Origin: an uncultured Candidatus Saccharibacteria bacterium
GTDB lineage: Bacteria; Patescibacteriota; WWE3; UBA101185; UBA10185
Assembly (NCBI GenBank): GCA_964643995.1
Contig: CAZXUJ010000004.1
Location: 8,606-72,605, forward strand
Reading direction: 5' to 3'
DNA length: 64,000 bases
Part shown: positions 1-8,946 of the stretch, piece by piece
Numbering within the stretch: the stretch's first letter is position 1
How the letters are laid out: every line of letters starts with the position of its first letter
The notes under the pieces: model-generated
What the model saw: the letters and a program-made list of their open reading frames with translations, nothing else
The model's database searches: none
Told to the model about the DNA's origin: nothing
Program-made: the position numbers and the translations under genes

Positions 1-789
1 GGTTAATGCGTCATAAGCGGCACGAGTGTCAAGCTCATTTACCAGATTGCTATATTGTTCCAACTGAGCAAAGTGCTTTTTTGAGACCATTTCCGGAGTA
101 ACCCCTACATCAGCCTGCGCCCACATTAGACCCAAGATATCGCTAAAATGGTCAATGTTATCGGCAGTACCTAATGCAGCACCAGCACGAACTATGCCTT
201 CTTCACCACTACGAACTGTTAATAGCAACGCAAGGCGACGAAATTCCTCCCAAGCTGTTGGTGGGAGAGATTGATTGATTTCCTCAAAATGATCCTTGTT
301 ATAAACCAAAACTAAGCCATCGTAATAAGCAGGCAAGGCTTTGATTTCATTACCAACAACACCACTAGCAGTAACAACTGGAAAATATTTGGTTTCGTAG
401 GCGGCTACATCCATTAGGTCAGCGGGCATAGGGGACAATGTAGAACTCAACCTTGATACCCAACTGTTATGAATCAAGGCAATGTCAACTTCAGCGGTAG
501 GATCTTGGAAACGGGCAAAAACACGTTCTTTGTATTCAGGGAGTGTCATAATAGATCTATCCTCATAGGAGATAGTGACATTCGGGTGCTGCTCTTGATA
601 TTTGTTTATAAGACTTTGGATAACTGCTGGATCTTCCCAAAGACCCCACACCTTAAGAGTCACAGGTTCGGTTGAAACATCTTTACCACCAAAATATTTT
701 CCAATAACCGGAAGATCTTGCAAGGTACATGCAGTAAGTACCACAGAAAGTATAGGTAATAGGGCAAGTACTCTGATTTTTTTATTCAT
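1..789 (-). CDS. extracellular solute-binding lipoprotein (ABC transporter substrate-binding protein). Partial: the C-terminus lies beyond the window start
   Basis: Minus-strand ORF starting ATG at 787-789 (MNKKIRVLALLPILSVVLTAC..., lipoprotein signal with lipobox LTAC). It stays open for 263 codons to position 1. Composition and length are typical of family 1 solute-binding proteins. It is not in the ORF track because there is no stop in the window. Confidence 0.5.
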   Translation of the reverse strand, partial: MNKKIRVLALLPILSVVLTACTLQDLPVIGKYFGGKDVSTEPVTLKVWGLWEDPAVIQSLINKYQEQHPNVTISYEDRSIMTLPEYKERVFARFQDPTAEVDIALIHNSWVSRLSSTLSPMPADLMDVAAYETKYFPVVTASGVVGNEIKALPAYYDGLVLVYNKDHFEEINQSLPPTAWEEFRRLALLLTVRSGEEGIVRAGAALGTADNIDHFSDILGLMWAQADVGVTPEMVSKKHFAQLEQYSNLVNELDTRAAYDALT

Positions 790-808
790 ATTCAGGCAGA
801 CCTGTAAA

Positions 809-2053
809 TCAACTGGTGTAATTATATGCGAAATAAAAACCTAGAGTCAACCAAAACAATAAAAACGTTTGGTGCATAGTTAAAAGATAATGATCAAATA
901 AACCCAGAACTACAAATTGCACAAAGCTAATCTGAAAAATAAGTATAGATTTTTTGTAAGACAAAAACACAAAAACATATATAAACACATAAAAGACGAA
1001 TGCAAATAAACCACCTTCAATGAACATTAGTACAAATATATTGTGAACGGGTTGTGGATATTTTATAGCATCAAAATATCTAAAGTGGTCCGCGGATATT
1101 CCTGTGCTAGCGGCCAAACCAGTACCAAACCAAAAATAATCATTGAGGTTATCATTTACCACCTGATATAAACCAATTCTTCTATATATTGAGGGGTTGT
1201 TAGGAACAAGTTTATTAAGATAAGGCAATGTGTTCGCCAACAAAAGAGCCGATACTACAAAAATTAGGTATATCTTTATGTGATGCTTTGAATCTAGGCG
1301 AGGCAACAAAAATGTCAAAAAAGCACCAATGGAAAGTGCCAGAATTGCGGTAAGGCTAGTTGTCAGAATAATAACTAATATGCTCAAAACAATTGTGATT
1401 GTGGTTAAGTTCCTCAAACGTGAAGATAGTGAAGTTTTTGCAGAAAATAACCAAAGAATAACCACACTTAAATAACCAGCAAGGACATTAGGATGGCGAA
1501 AAGTACCATAGGGAGGCACTATAGTTTTACCAAAAAACGATTCTCGAGAAATACCATAGGTTGAAAAATTGTAGGGCTGTTCACCAAAAAAAAGATAATT
1601 ATCAAAAACAGAACCTTGTTGAAAAAATTGTAAAAGCGATAATACCGAAATAAATAAGGTGCTAAATAGAATTAACTTTATGAGGACAGGCCACAAATCA
1701 CTTATACGAAGTGAAAACCCAATGATCAAAGAAGTAAAAACATATAAACAGATACGTAAAAGAAATACTACGGAAATTGAATAATTGATGGAGACGAGCG
1801 TGGATAAAAACAAAGAAAAAACTAAAAACAGTAATAATCTTGGAAACCACACCAATCGAAACTCTGGGCGAAAAGTTCTCCCAGAAAGTAACCATGAAAA
1901 CACCAAAAATAAAACACACAAATCTTGCAAATAAACTGTAGGAATCAAATAATCTACTAACAAGCCATTGATATAGCTTGAAGCTAATACAAAGTGATAG
2001 CCTAAATTGAAAGGCATAACCAACAACAATGAGTATAGAAATAGCAAATACAT
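809..2053 (-). CDS. polytopic membrane protein, possibly O-antigen ligase/Wzy-like
   Basis: 414-aa ORF, about 10-12 hydrophobic helices with a larger loop in the C-terminal third. The family assignment is by topology only. Confidence 0.45.
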   Translation of the reverse strand: MYLLFLYSLLLVMPFNLGYHFVLASSYINGLLVDYLIPTVYLQDLCVLFLVFSWLLSGRTFRPEFRLVWFPRLLLFLVFSLFLSTLVSINYSISVVFLLRICLYVFTSLIIGFSLRISDLWPVLIKLILFSTLFISVLSLLQFFQQGSVFDNYLFFGEQPYNFSTYGISRESFFGKTIVPPYGTFRHPNVLAGYLSVVILWLFSAKTSLSSRLRNLTTITIVLSILVIILTTSLTAILALSIGAFLTFLLPRLDSKHHIKIYLIFVVSALLLANTLPYLNKLVPNNPSIYRRIGLYQVVNDNLNDYFWFGTGLAASTGISADHFRYFDAIKYPQPVHNIFVLMFIEGGLFAFVFYVFIYVFVFLSYKKSILIFQISFVQFVVLGLFDHYLLTMHQTFLLFWLTLGFYFAYNYTS

Positions 2054-2081
2054 AACTTATTTTTTGTGGGCAGGGTACAAA

Positions 2082-2831
2082 CTAGATGCAAAGCTTTTTA
2101 GCTTGATCATGTGCAATATGAATTAAATTGTCCTCTAAAATTGGTAGTTCTTCAACACCTAGACTTTTTTTTAGCAAGTAATCTGCAAAGTGTGGGTTTT
2201 TTGAAAGTATGGGACCATGTAGATAAGTTCCTATAGCGTTTTTGTACATGGCGCCTTCAGTAAAATCCTCACCATTATTCCCAAAACCTCCTAGAACTCT
2301 TCCAAAAGGCTTTGTCCCAGAGTCTAAGTATGTACGACCTCCGTGGTTCTCGAAACCAACCAAGGTATTGCCAAAGGTAGCATCATCTAAATTTAGGGAG
2401 GATTCAATACAGATGTTACCTATACAGCGAGATTTGTGATTACCAAAATGTTCAGTATGAAGACGAAATATACCAAGGCCTCCTAGAATACTTTGGTCAG
2501 CAGCTTTATAATAGTGGCCAAATAACTGATAAGAACCACAAATAAACAAGCCAACACCGCCCTGTTCAACATAGTCCCGAATATACGGGCCTTTGTTTTC
2601 TACAAGATCTTGATAGAGGTTCTGCTGACTTGCGTCCGGTCCACCACCCATGAAAATAAGGTTGATACCAGACATAACACTTGAATCCAACTTAGTGTCT
2701 AGGCCTACATATACTAGCTCAGTAGCATAGCCACGCCTTAATGCACGATATAATAAAATCTCTACATTTCCGTTATCACCATATAAGTTAAGTAAATCCG
2801 AATAAAAGTAACCTATTTTTAGCTTTTTCAT
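2082..2831 (-). CDS. gatD: lipid II isoglutaminyl synthase glutamine amidotransferase subunit GatD (CobB/CobQ-like GATase)
   Basis: 249 aa, class-I GATase-like core (…LFICGSYQLFG…, …HGPILSKN…). Overlaps the upstream Mur-ligase-family gene by 4 nt, which is the canonical murT-gatD pair. Confidence 0.75.
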   Translation of the reverse strand: MKKLKIGYFYSDLLNLYGDNGNVEILLYRALRRGYATELVYVGLDTKLDSSVMSGINLIFMGGGPDASQQNLYQDLVENKGPYIRDYVEQGGVGLFICGSYQLFGHYYKAADQSILGGLGIFRLHTEHFGNHKSRCIGNICIESSLNLDDATFGNTLVGFENHGGRTYLDSGTKPFGRVLGGFGNNGEDFTEGAMYKNAIGTYLHGPILSKNPHFADYLLKKSLGVEELPILEDNLIHIAHDQAKKLCI

Positions 2832-3964
2832 AATATTGACCTGCCTAACAGTAATTTTCGCAACGCAAGCATTGCAGAATAATTGGGAAATGTGACGACT
2901 TGGCGAATGTTATCTAGAGCACTCATCTTAGCAACAATCTCAGAAATGTTAACACTTATGTTTTCTAGAGGGAGCGTAATTCCGACATAGTGCAAACGAA
3001 CTGCCAAATCATAACAACGCGTACCAGAAATAAATATATGCTTGAAAGGTTTAAGACTCTTCGATAAAGCATCGGAGTCTATGTCATAAATCCATGAGAC
3101 ATCCCGACCATCAGGGATATTATCGTTTAATAGTAGGAAAACGGCAGTGTTTATAGGATTAAAATCAGCCAACAACGAAAGGTTATGGTTAAAACTGGAT
3201 GGGTTCTTTGCAAGATAGATATGCTGATTTGCAATACGCTCCCCACGCCCATAGGCAAACTCAAATGTTGCTAGAGTAGGAAGTAAAAAATCCTCAGCAA
3301 AACCAAATAAGCGCAGAGTATACAAAGCTGCATTTAAATTGTTAGCATTAAAATCCCCTTTAAGCTTAGTTTTTAATAAGTAATCCTTGGAGTCATCAAA
3401 ATAGTGCACATTACTGAAATTGCTAAGCATGTCTATGAAATCAGGAGTTCCTGAATATGCAACAATGTTGCCTGGGGTGTCACGCACTATTGAGTATCCC
3501 CATTTTTCAGCAATGATATCGGTTTCACCATAACGATCAAGTTGATCACGGGAAAGGTTTAACAGCACAAGCACATTAGGACACAAATAAGGTAATAGGT
3601 TAGGCAAAGTGAACTCGTCCACTTCAAAAACACCGTAATCTGCGACTAAATGCCCACGCAAAGAAGTCGCTAAAAGTATTGATGAAGTAATGCCACCTAA
3701 TAAATTGGCACCAGTGTTATTAGTTAACACGGAATGTCCGGTTTTTTCCAACATGTGCGCGATAAGTTTAGCTGTAGTTGTTTTACCATTGGTACCCGTG
3801 ATAAAAACTACGCCTTTATTGAATTTGATGTGCGGGTCTTTTAATACATGAGCATTAATTTTTAATGCTAAATAACCAGGTAGCGTATAACCAGCCCCAG
3901 TATTAAATATTTTAATTGTCCAATAAATAAATTTTGCAAACAGTGTTGTAAATAAAAATTTCAT
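2828..3964 (-). CDS. murT: lipid II isoglutaminyl synthase, Mur ligase-family subunit MurT
   Basis: 378 aa, P-loop GTNGKTTT (Mur ligase central domain), with a C-terminal DUF1727-like region. Translationally coupled to gatD. Confidence 0.75.
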   Translation of the reverse strand: MKFLFTTLFAKFIYWTIKIFNTGAGYTLPGYLALKINAHVLKDPHIKFNKGVVFITGTNGKTTTAKLIAHMLEKTGHSVLTNNTGANLLGGITSSILLATSLRGHLVADYGVFEVDEFTLPNLLPYLCPNVLVLLNLSRDQLDRYGETDIIAEKWGYSIVRDTPGNIVAYSGTPDFIDMLSNFSNVHYFDDSKDYLLKTKLKGDFNANNLNAALYTLRLFGFAEDFLLPTLATFEFAYGRGERIANQHIYLAKNPSSFNHNLSLLADFNPINTAVFLLLNDNIPDGRDVSWIYDIDSDALSKSLKPFKHIFISGTRCYDLAVRLHYVGITLPLENISVNISEIVAKMSALDNIRQVVTFPNYSAMLALRKLLLGRSIL

Positions 3965-4388
3965 TATTTAGTTCTTAACATTCAATTAATATATTGTATA
4001 TATAAAAACAGTAGTAATAGTAGTATACATTGTTGATATATAGAATAACTTCTTTACATGCATTTGTTTAGCCTTTATTACGTCATGTGCCTTGTTGAAA
4101 AACTCTTTTAGTTTTTGTACCTGCTTTTTATGATGCTTTAATTACCTTTGTCTTTATCAAATCAGCTTTTTGGACTGTGTATAAATTGGCCTTTTGTGTG
4201 GATAACTTTGTAGATAAGGTACCTAGTTATCCTTTGTGCCTATAGTATTTGGCTTGTTGCCCCCAACTGCCTTTTAAATTTCCACGTATTCTCTACATTT
4301 TGTCCACTTTGTTATTTGTTACGTTTTTGACTGCTTTCCTTCCTTATTTCTCTAATCCGCCAATATTAGTTGTTCTTTTGTGTATAAC
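3965..4388. promoter_or_regulatory. putative oriC: AT-rich region with a DnaA-box cluster
   Basis: 424-bp non-coding, very AT-rich stretch (3965-4070 is nearly pure A/T, a DUE-like segment). Perfect DnaA box TGTGGATAA at 4197-4205. One-mismatch boxes TGTGTATAA at 4176-4184 and 4379-4387. Two-mismatch boxes at 4227-4235 and 4300-4308. Lies immediately 3' of dnaA. Confidence 0.5.
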
Positions 4389-5786
4389 TTAATTGTGGTA
4401 TATAAATTGTTTGATGTTATGAATGTCTTTTTTTGCTTCCATTGTTTTCTCAATATCCTCCTCGACCTTTCTCACACCATGCATTATTGTTGTATGGTCT
4501 CGCCCTCCAAGTAGTTCTCCAATGCTCATGTATGGTGTTTGGGTCATCTCATACATTAGGTACATAGCTACTTGCCTAGGTATTACAAGATCCTTAGTGC
4601 GGCGTTTTCCTTTGATATCGGTCATACGTACTGAATAGTATGAGCATACCGCTTTGAGTATTTGATTTACGTTTACAGGTTTGTTCCTATCTGATTTCAC
4701 GATGTTTGAAAGCGCTTGTTGGGCAACACTTACGGATATTTCCTCTCCCAAAGCGTTAGCCATGGTAACTACTTGCATATACGAGCCTTCTAACTCGCGA
4801 ATGTTTGTAGGAACATTTTCAGCTATAAAATCTATTACATCATTTGGAAAGTTGTGTCCGCTTCTGTCTCTTTTTGCTCTTAGGATTGCTGCACGTAGTT
4901 CATAATCTGGTTTTTGAATGTCTGCCATGATCCCACTTCTGAACCTCGACGTTATGCGCTCCTCGATGTTTTTAAACTCTTCCGCTGGACGATCCGAGGC
5001 CAATACTATCTGTTTTTGTTTCATATGTAGGTCATTAAATGTATGGAAGAACTCCTCTTGAGTTTGCTCTTTACCAGATATGAACTGAATATCATCGATT
5101 ATAAGCACGTCTGCACTTCTGTATTTTTTTCTAAATTCTGCATTGTATTTACCCTTACCGCTTTTTTTTTGGATGAATTCAATTAATTCATTTGCAAAAC
5201 GTTCTCCTGTACAGTAAATTACGCTCGCACTGGGCTTAAGGTCCAGAACTCTGTTACCGATCGCTTGTATAAGGTGTGTTTTACCGAGTCCAACTCCTGC
5301 GTAAAGAAAAAATGGATTGTACATAGTACCAGGACTATTAGCTATTGAGTCTGCTATAGCATAGGCTAATCGGTTTGTATTACCCATAATATAGTTTTCA
5401 AAAGTGTAATTGGGGTTTAGCCCTGCTTGTATTCTGGAATTGGCATCAGCACCATTTTTCGTAGAATCTTTGCTTAATGGTTTAAATAAGGGCTCTTTAA
5501 ATTCCTGCGGTTCTTCAGTTTCTATGGAATTGCTAACCTTAAATACTAGTTCATAGGTTCCCTTACCAATCTGATTCACTTTTTCTTGGATCATTGACCT
5601 GCAGAACCCTTCCAGTTGTTTTTTTGCGTGTTCATTCACACAGGCGATCTCTAGTATATTATCTTCAAATGATAGAGCTTCGGTTTTTTTTACCCATGTG
5701 TTGTATATAGTCTCTGAAAGGGTAACCTCAAGAGATCCTTTAACCGCTTTCCAAAGTTCTTTTGCATGTATACTTGTAGGTGTCAT
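4389..5786 (-). CDS. dnaA: chromosomal replication initiator DnaA
   Basis: 465 aa. AAA+ Walker A GVGLGKTHL, Walker B LIIDDIQF, and a C-terminal DnaA-box-binding domain (…VAMYLMYEMTQTPYMSIGELLGGRDHTTIMHGVRKV…). Confidence 0.95.
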   Translation of the reverse strand: MTPTSIHAKELWKAVKGSLEVTLSETIYNTWVKKTEALSFEDNILEIACVNEHAKKQLEGFCRSMIQEKVNQIGKGTYELVFKVSNSIETEEPQEFKEPLFKPLSKDSTKNGADANSRIQAGLNPNYTFENYIMGNTNRLAYAIADSIANSPGTMYNPFFLYAGVGLGKTHLIQAIGNRVLDLKPSASVIYCTGERFANELIEFIQKKSGKGKYNAEFRKKYRSADVLIIDDIQFISGKEQTQEEFFHTFNDLHMKQKQIVLASDRPAEEFKNIEERITSRFRSGIMADIQKPDYELRAAILRAKRDRSGHNFPNDVIDFIAENVPTNIRELEGSYMQVVTMANALGEEISVSVAQQALSNIVKSDRNKPVNVNQILKAVCSYYSVRMTDIKGKRRTKDLVIPRQVAMYLMYEMTQTPYMSIGELLGGRDHTTIMHGVRKVEEDIEKTMEAKKDIHNIKQFIYHN

Positions 5787-5806
5787 TGTGTATAAGTTTA
5801 CAAAAG

Positions 5807-5815
5807 TTATCCACA
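5807..5815 (+). promoter_or_regulatory. perfect DnaA box (TTATCCACA) in the dnaA/rpmH divergent promoter region
   Basis: Exact 9-mer consensus 21 nt upstream of the dnaA start, in the 130-bp dnaA-rpmH intergenic region. A plausible autoregulatory site. Confidence 0.45.
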
Positions 5816-5916
5816 GTAATAAAGCAACTTTAATTGCACCAATTGCTTGGTTTGCATTATTTGACTATTTGACCGCGATGTATTAACATTCCTCTTGTAT
5901 TTCTACGTGATTTTAT

Positions 5917-6072
5917 ATGACTAAAAGAACCTATCAACCAAAAAAACGTAAAAGAGTAAAGAAGCATGGCTTCTTGAAGAGAATGTCCACAGTTGGAGGG
6001 AGACGTGTTCTTAAGAGTCGTCGGGCAAAAGGTCGTGTATTACTAGCTAGACCTTTAAAGAAAAAAAGCTAG
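5917..6072 (+). CDS. rpmH: 50S ribosomal protein L34
   Basis: 51-aa [54 protein letters not shown]. Translated by hand; below the ORF-track size cutoff. Confidence 0.9.
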   Translation: MTKRTYQPKKRKRVKKHGFLKRMSTVGGRRVLKSRRAKGRVLLARPLKKKS

Positions 6073-6091
6073 CTTTTTAGAACACTTAACT

Positions 6092-6451
6092 ATGGTCCCC
6101 AAAGAAAACCGTTTGACCAGCAGGTATGAATTTAATAAGGTCAAATTTCTCTCTGATAAGTTGAATTCAAGATTTAATGGTAAATTTTTTAATCTAATAT
6201 TTGCTAGACCCCTAAATTATGTAGGGTCAAGTAAATTTGGTATTGTCGTTTCAAAAAAAAGTGTTGCGTCTGCCGTACTGAGAAATACCTTAAAACGAAA
6301 GTATAGAGAACTGCTGAGAGGTAAACTTTCTGATTTGAACGAGGGTGTTTGGGTGGTAATCTACCCCAAATCGCGTAGTATAGAAGCAAGTTATGAAGAG
6401 CTTAGTTCTAGCCTTACTCAAGTTTTACAGGCTAACAATATCTCCAAATAG
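6092..6451 (+). CDS. rnpA: ribonuclease P protein component
   Basis: 119 aa, basic, with an RnpA-like core (…FGIVVSKKSVASAVLRNTLKRKYRE…). Canonical position after rpmH. Confidence 0.8.
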   Translation: MVPKENRLTSRYEFNKVKFLSDKLNSRFNGKFFNLIFARPLNYVGSSKFGIVVSKKSVASAVLRNTLKRKYRELLRGKLSDLNEGVWVVIYPKSRSIEASYEELSSSLTQVLQANNISK

Positions 6452-6608
6452 ATTGGGCTTAAAGGTATGTAGGTTCGAACCTAGTTGTTCGAAATACACT
6501 TATGAAGCGGTGTCCAAATATGGTATTTTAAAGGGTGGCTTGTTAGGCTTTTGGAGAATCTGTCGTTGTAATCCATTTAGTAAGGGAGGTTACGATCCGG
6601 TAAAATGA
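6393..6608 (+). CDS. yidD: membrane protein insertion efficiency factor YidD
   Basis: 71 aa with the conserved YidD core (…YRLTISP…CRFEPSCSKY…KGGLLGFWRICRCNPFSKGGYDP). It overlaps the rnpA 3' end by 59 nt in another frame, so the true start may be further downstream. Confidence 0.7.
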   Translation: MKSLVLALLKFYRLTISPNRLGLKVCRFEPSCSKYTYEAVSKYGILKGGLLGFWRICRCNPFSKGGYDPVK

Positions 6609-7360
6609 GCTTTATTTGGCATACATTATTGGTAAATCCAATTCTTAATATCTTGGTAGTACTTTATGATTTAACTGGTAGCTTAGGTACCGGTATCATT
6701 TTAGTAACTTTACTTGTTCGTACGTTATTGCTTCCGGTGATTATTCCCTCTATGCGTCAAATGAAAAAGCAAAAGGCCTTACAACCTGAACTCGAAAAGC
6801 TCAAGAAAAAGTATAAGGATGATAAGAAGAAAATGGCAGAGGCGCAGATGGAGTTGTTTAAGAAACATGGCCTAAACCCTGTGTCTGGTTGTTTAACCCA
6901 AATACCTATGCTTATCGTGCTTATTGCTGTTTATAATGTCATTAAAACAATTTCTAAAGCCCCTGATTTTGCTACTATTAACTCCCTCCTTTATTTTGAT
7001 TCAATCAAATTGGTTGAACCCGTTCACACTAATTTTTTGTACATGGACTTGTCTCATCCTGATCCTTACTACATCCTTGGTGTTTTATCAGGTATTCTTC
7101 AGTACTTTACTTCTAAACTTTCTTTTGGTTTTACAAAAAAAGCAGAAAAAGTTGCTCATAAAACATCTGACAAAACTGATGACATAGCGTATAATGTCCA
7201 AGAGCAAATGCTTTATATAATGCCTATAATGACAGTAGTTATAGGCTTAACACTCCCCGCAGGTGTCGTTCTTTATATAGTGACAACTACACTATTTTCG
7301 TTAGTGCAAACTTATTTTACTTTGGGTAAGACCGAGTTTCTTCCCAAGAAGGAAGAGTAA
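6605..7360 (+). CDS. yidC: membrane protein insertase YidC (short Gram-positive/CPR type)
   Basis: 251 aa, 5 TM segments, a K-rich cytoplasmic loop, and the conserved GCLTQIPMLI-type TM2. Follows yidD with a 4-nt overlap. Confidence 0.8.
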   Translation: MSFIWHTLLVNPILNILVVLYDLTGSLGTGIILVTLLVRTLLLPVIIPSMRQMKKQKALQPELEKLKKKYKDDKKKMAEAQMELFKKHGLNPVSGCLTQIPMLIVLIAVYNVIKTISKAPDFATINSLLYFDSIKLVEPVHTNFLYMDLSHPDPYYILGVLSGILQYFTSKLSFGFTKKAEKVAHKTSDKTDDIAYNVQEQMLYIMPIMTVVIGLTLPAGVVLYIVTTTLFSLVQTYFTLGKTEFLPKKEE

Positions 7361-7362
7361 TC

Positions 7363-7827
7363 ATGAAGGAAATGACAACTTTTATTGAGCAATACATAAA
7401 TAAAGTAGCTAGATCATTGGGTATCAAGCCAATTATTGATGTTACTGCAACTAAGGCTAACGATGATGAAGTTCTTAATGTAGCTATTACAGGTGATAAT
7501 CTTAGCTTTCTAATCGGGTATCGGGGCACTTCGCTTGATGGTTTACAGCACTTACTTTCTCTTGCTGTTTTTAAAGAATTTGATAAATGGCCTATCTTAG
7601 TAGTGGACGTAAACGACTATCGTTCTAAAAAGAAAGAGGGTCTTGAGGAATTAGCTAAAAGTTTTATAGATCGTGTGCGCTTTTTTAAAACGGAAGTGGA
7701 AATGTCTCCTATGTCTTCGTACGATCGCAAACAAATTCATGAATTCGTTGCTGGTTATGATGACGTAACTTCTTTTAGTGTTGGAGAGGGCGCAGATAGA
7801 CGTGTGGTTATTAAACCTGCTCTATGA
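7363..7827 (+). CDS. jag: Jag/KhpB-like RNA-binding protein (KH plus R3H)
   Basis: 154 aa. C-terminal R3H signature (…SPMSSYDRKQIHEFVAGYDDVTSFSVGEGADRRVVIKP). Canonical position after yidC. Confidence 0.7.
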   Translation: MKEMTTFIEQYINKVARSLGIKPIIDVTATKANDDEVLNVAITGDNLSFLIGYRGTSLDGLQHLLSLAVFKEFDKWPILVVDVNDYRSKKKEGLEELAKSFIDRVRFFKTEVEMSPMSSYDRKQIHEFVAGYDDVTSFSVGEGADRRVVIKPAL

Positions 7828-8939
7828 AATTTACCTGCCGTAAAGACAACTTATTAAAAAGCCTCTCTATAGTATCTAAAGCTATTCCTATTAAGCATTC
7901 GTTTCCTATTTTGACGAATGTTCTAATAACTGCTAAAGATGGTCGTCTAAGTTTATCAGGCACTAATCTGGACACTGCTATAGTTACCTACGTAGGAGCT
8001 GATATTGAAGAGGAAGGTTCCTTTACAGTACCTGCTAGAGAATTGGCCGAATTTCTTTCCCACCTTGTTTCTTCTGAAACTCTTACCATTTCTTTAACGA
8101 AAGATACTTTGCATATTTCGTCTGGTACTACTAAATCTAAGTTTAATGGAATTACTGCACAGGATTACCCTGAACTTCCCTTATTGGACGAAAGTTTGGC
8201 TTGTATTGAGTTGTCTCCAAAAGAGTTTAGTTCTGCCGTTTCTCAGGTAGGCTTTTCGGTGGCTCTTGATGATTCTAGACCAGTGTTCTCGGGCATTCTC
8301 ATCAAGTATGACGACAATAAACTTTACTTTGTGGCGTCTGATGGCTTCAGATTAACTGAAAAAGTTTTAGCTGTTGTATCAGATGTTGCAGACTTCACAG
8401 TGATATTACCTGCCAGAACTCTCTTGGAAGTTGCTAGGATATTCGGTTCCTGTGATGAAAAGGTTAAAATCTTCTTGAGTCAGAATAAAAATCTTTGTCT
8501 ATTACAATGTGAGGATATCTTGGTTTCATCTAGAGTGATTGATGGAGCTTATCCTGATTATCGCAGAATAATTCCTAAGGACACTAAAATAAATGCTACT
8601 TTTGAATCAGCTAAACTACACGAGGCCGTTAAACTTACGAATGTATTTACTAAGAATTCAAGTAATTCACTTAGATTGTTGTTTGATCCTAGTGGTGTTT
8701 TGAAAGTTTATTCCACTTCAGAGGAAGTGGGCGAAAATAATACTGAAATTAATGCAGAAATCGAAGGCGACTCTTTAGAGATAATGTTTAATTCAAAATA
8801 CATGTTAGATTTTCTTTCTAACAATAAATTTCAAACCTTACACTTTGGTGCCAATGATCATGGATCTCCCTGTATCATTCGTTCTGTAGACGACGACACT
8901 TTTCTCCACGTTATGGCTCCTATGCAATCTAATGAGTAA
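7824..8939 (+). CDS. dnaN: DNA polymerase III beta sliding clamp
   Basis: 371 aa, three-domain clamp architecture, N-terminal MKFTCRKDNLLKSLSIVSKAI…FPILTNVLI typical of DnaN. 4-nt overlap with jag. Confidence 0.9.
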   Translation: MKFTCRKDNLLKSLSIVSKAIPIKHSFPILTNVLITAKDGRLSLSGTNLDTAIVTYVGADIEEEGSFTVPARELAEFLSHLVSSETLTISLTKDTLHISSGTTKSKFNGITAQDYPELPLLDESLACIELSPKEFSSAVSQVGFSVALDDSRPVFSGILIKYDDNKLYFVASDGFRLTEKVLAVVSDVADFTVILPARTLLEVARIFGSCDEKVKIFLSQNKNLCLLQCEDILVSSRVIDGAYPDYRRIIPKDTKINATFESAKLHEAVKLTNVFTKNSSNSLRLLFDPSGVLKVYSTSEEVGENNTEINAEIEGDSLEIMFNSKYMLDFLSNNKFQTLHFGANDHGSPCIIRSVDDDTFLHVMAPMQSNE

Positions 8940-8946
8940 ATTATTG

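Noticed and set aside
1698-1919. 73-aa ORF nested in the 809-2053 membrane protein gene (same strand, different frame)
   Set aside because: It lies fully inside the longer ORF and its product is a frame-shifted hydrophobic artefact.
4423-4905. ORFs on the plus strand inside dnaA (4423-4638, 4681-4905). Similar antisense or alternate-frame ORFs occur inside virB4 (9115-9339, 9944-10204, 10524-10715) and inside the Cys-rich genes (20645-20989, 21653-22235, 23064-23913)
   Set aside because: All lie entirely within well-supported longer CDSs on the opposite strand or in another frame. Their products are low-complexity or Cys-rich artefacts of the partner frame, with no independent signals.
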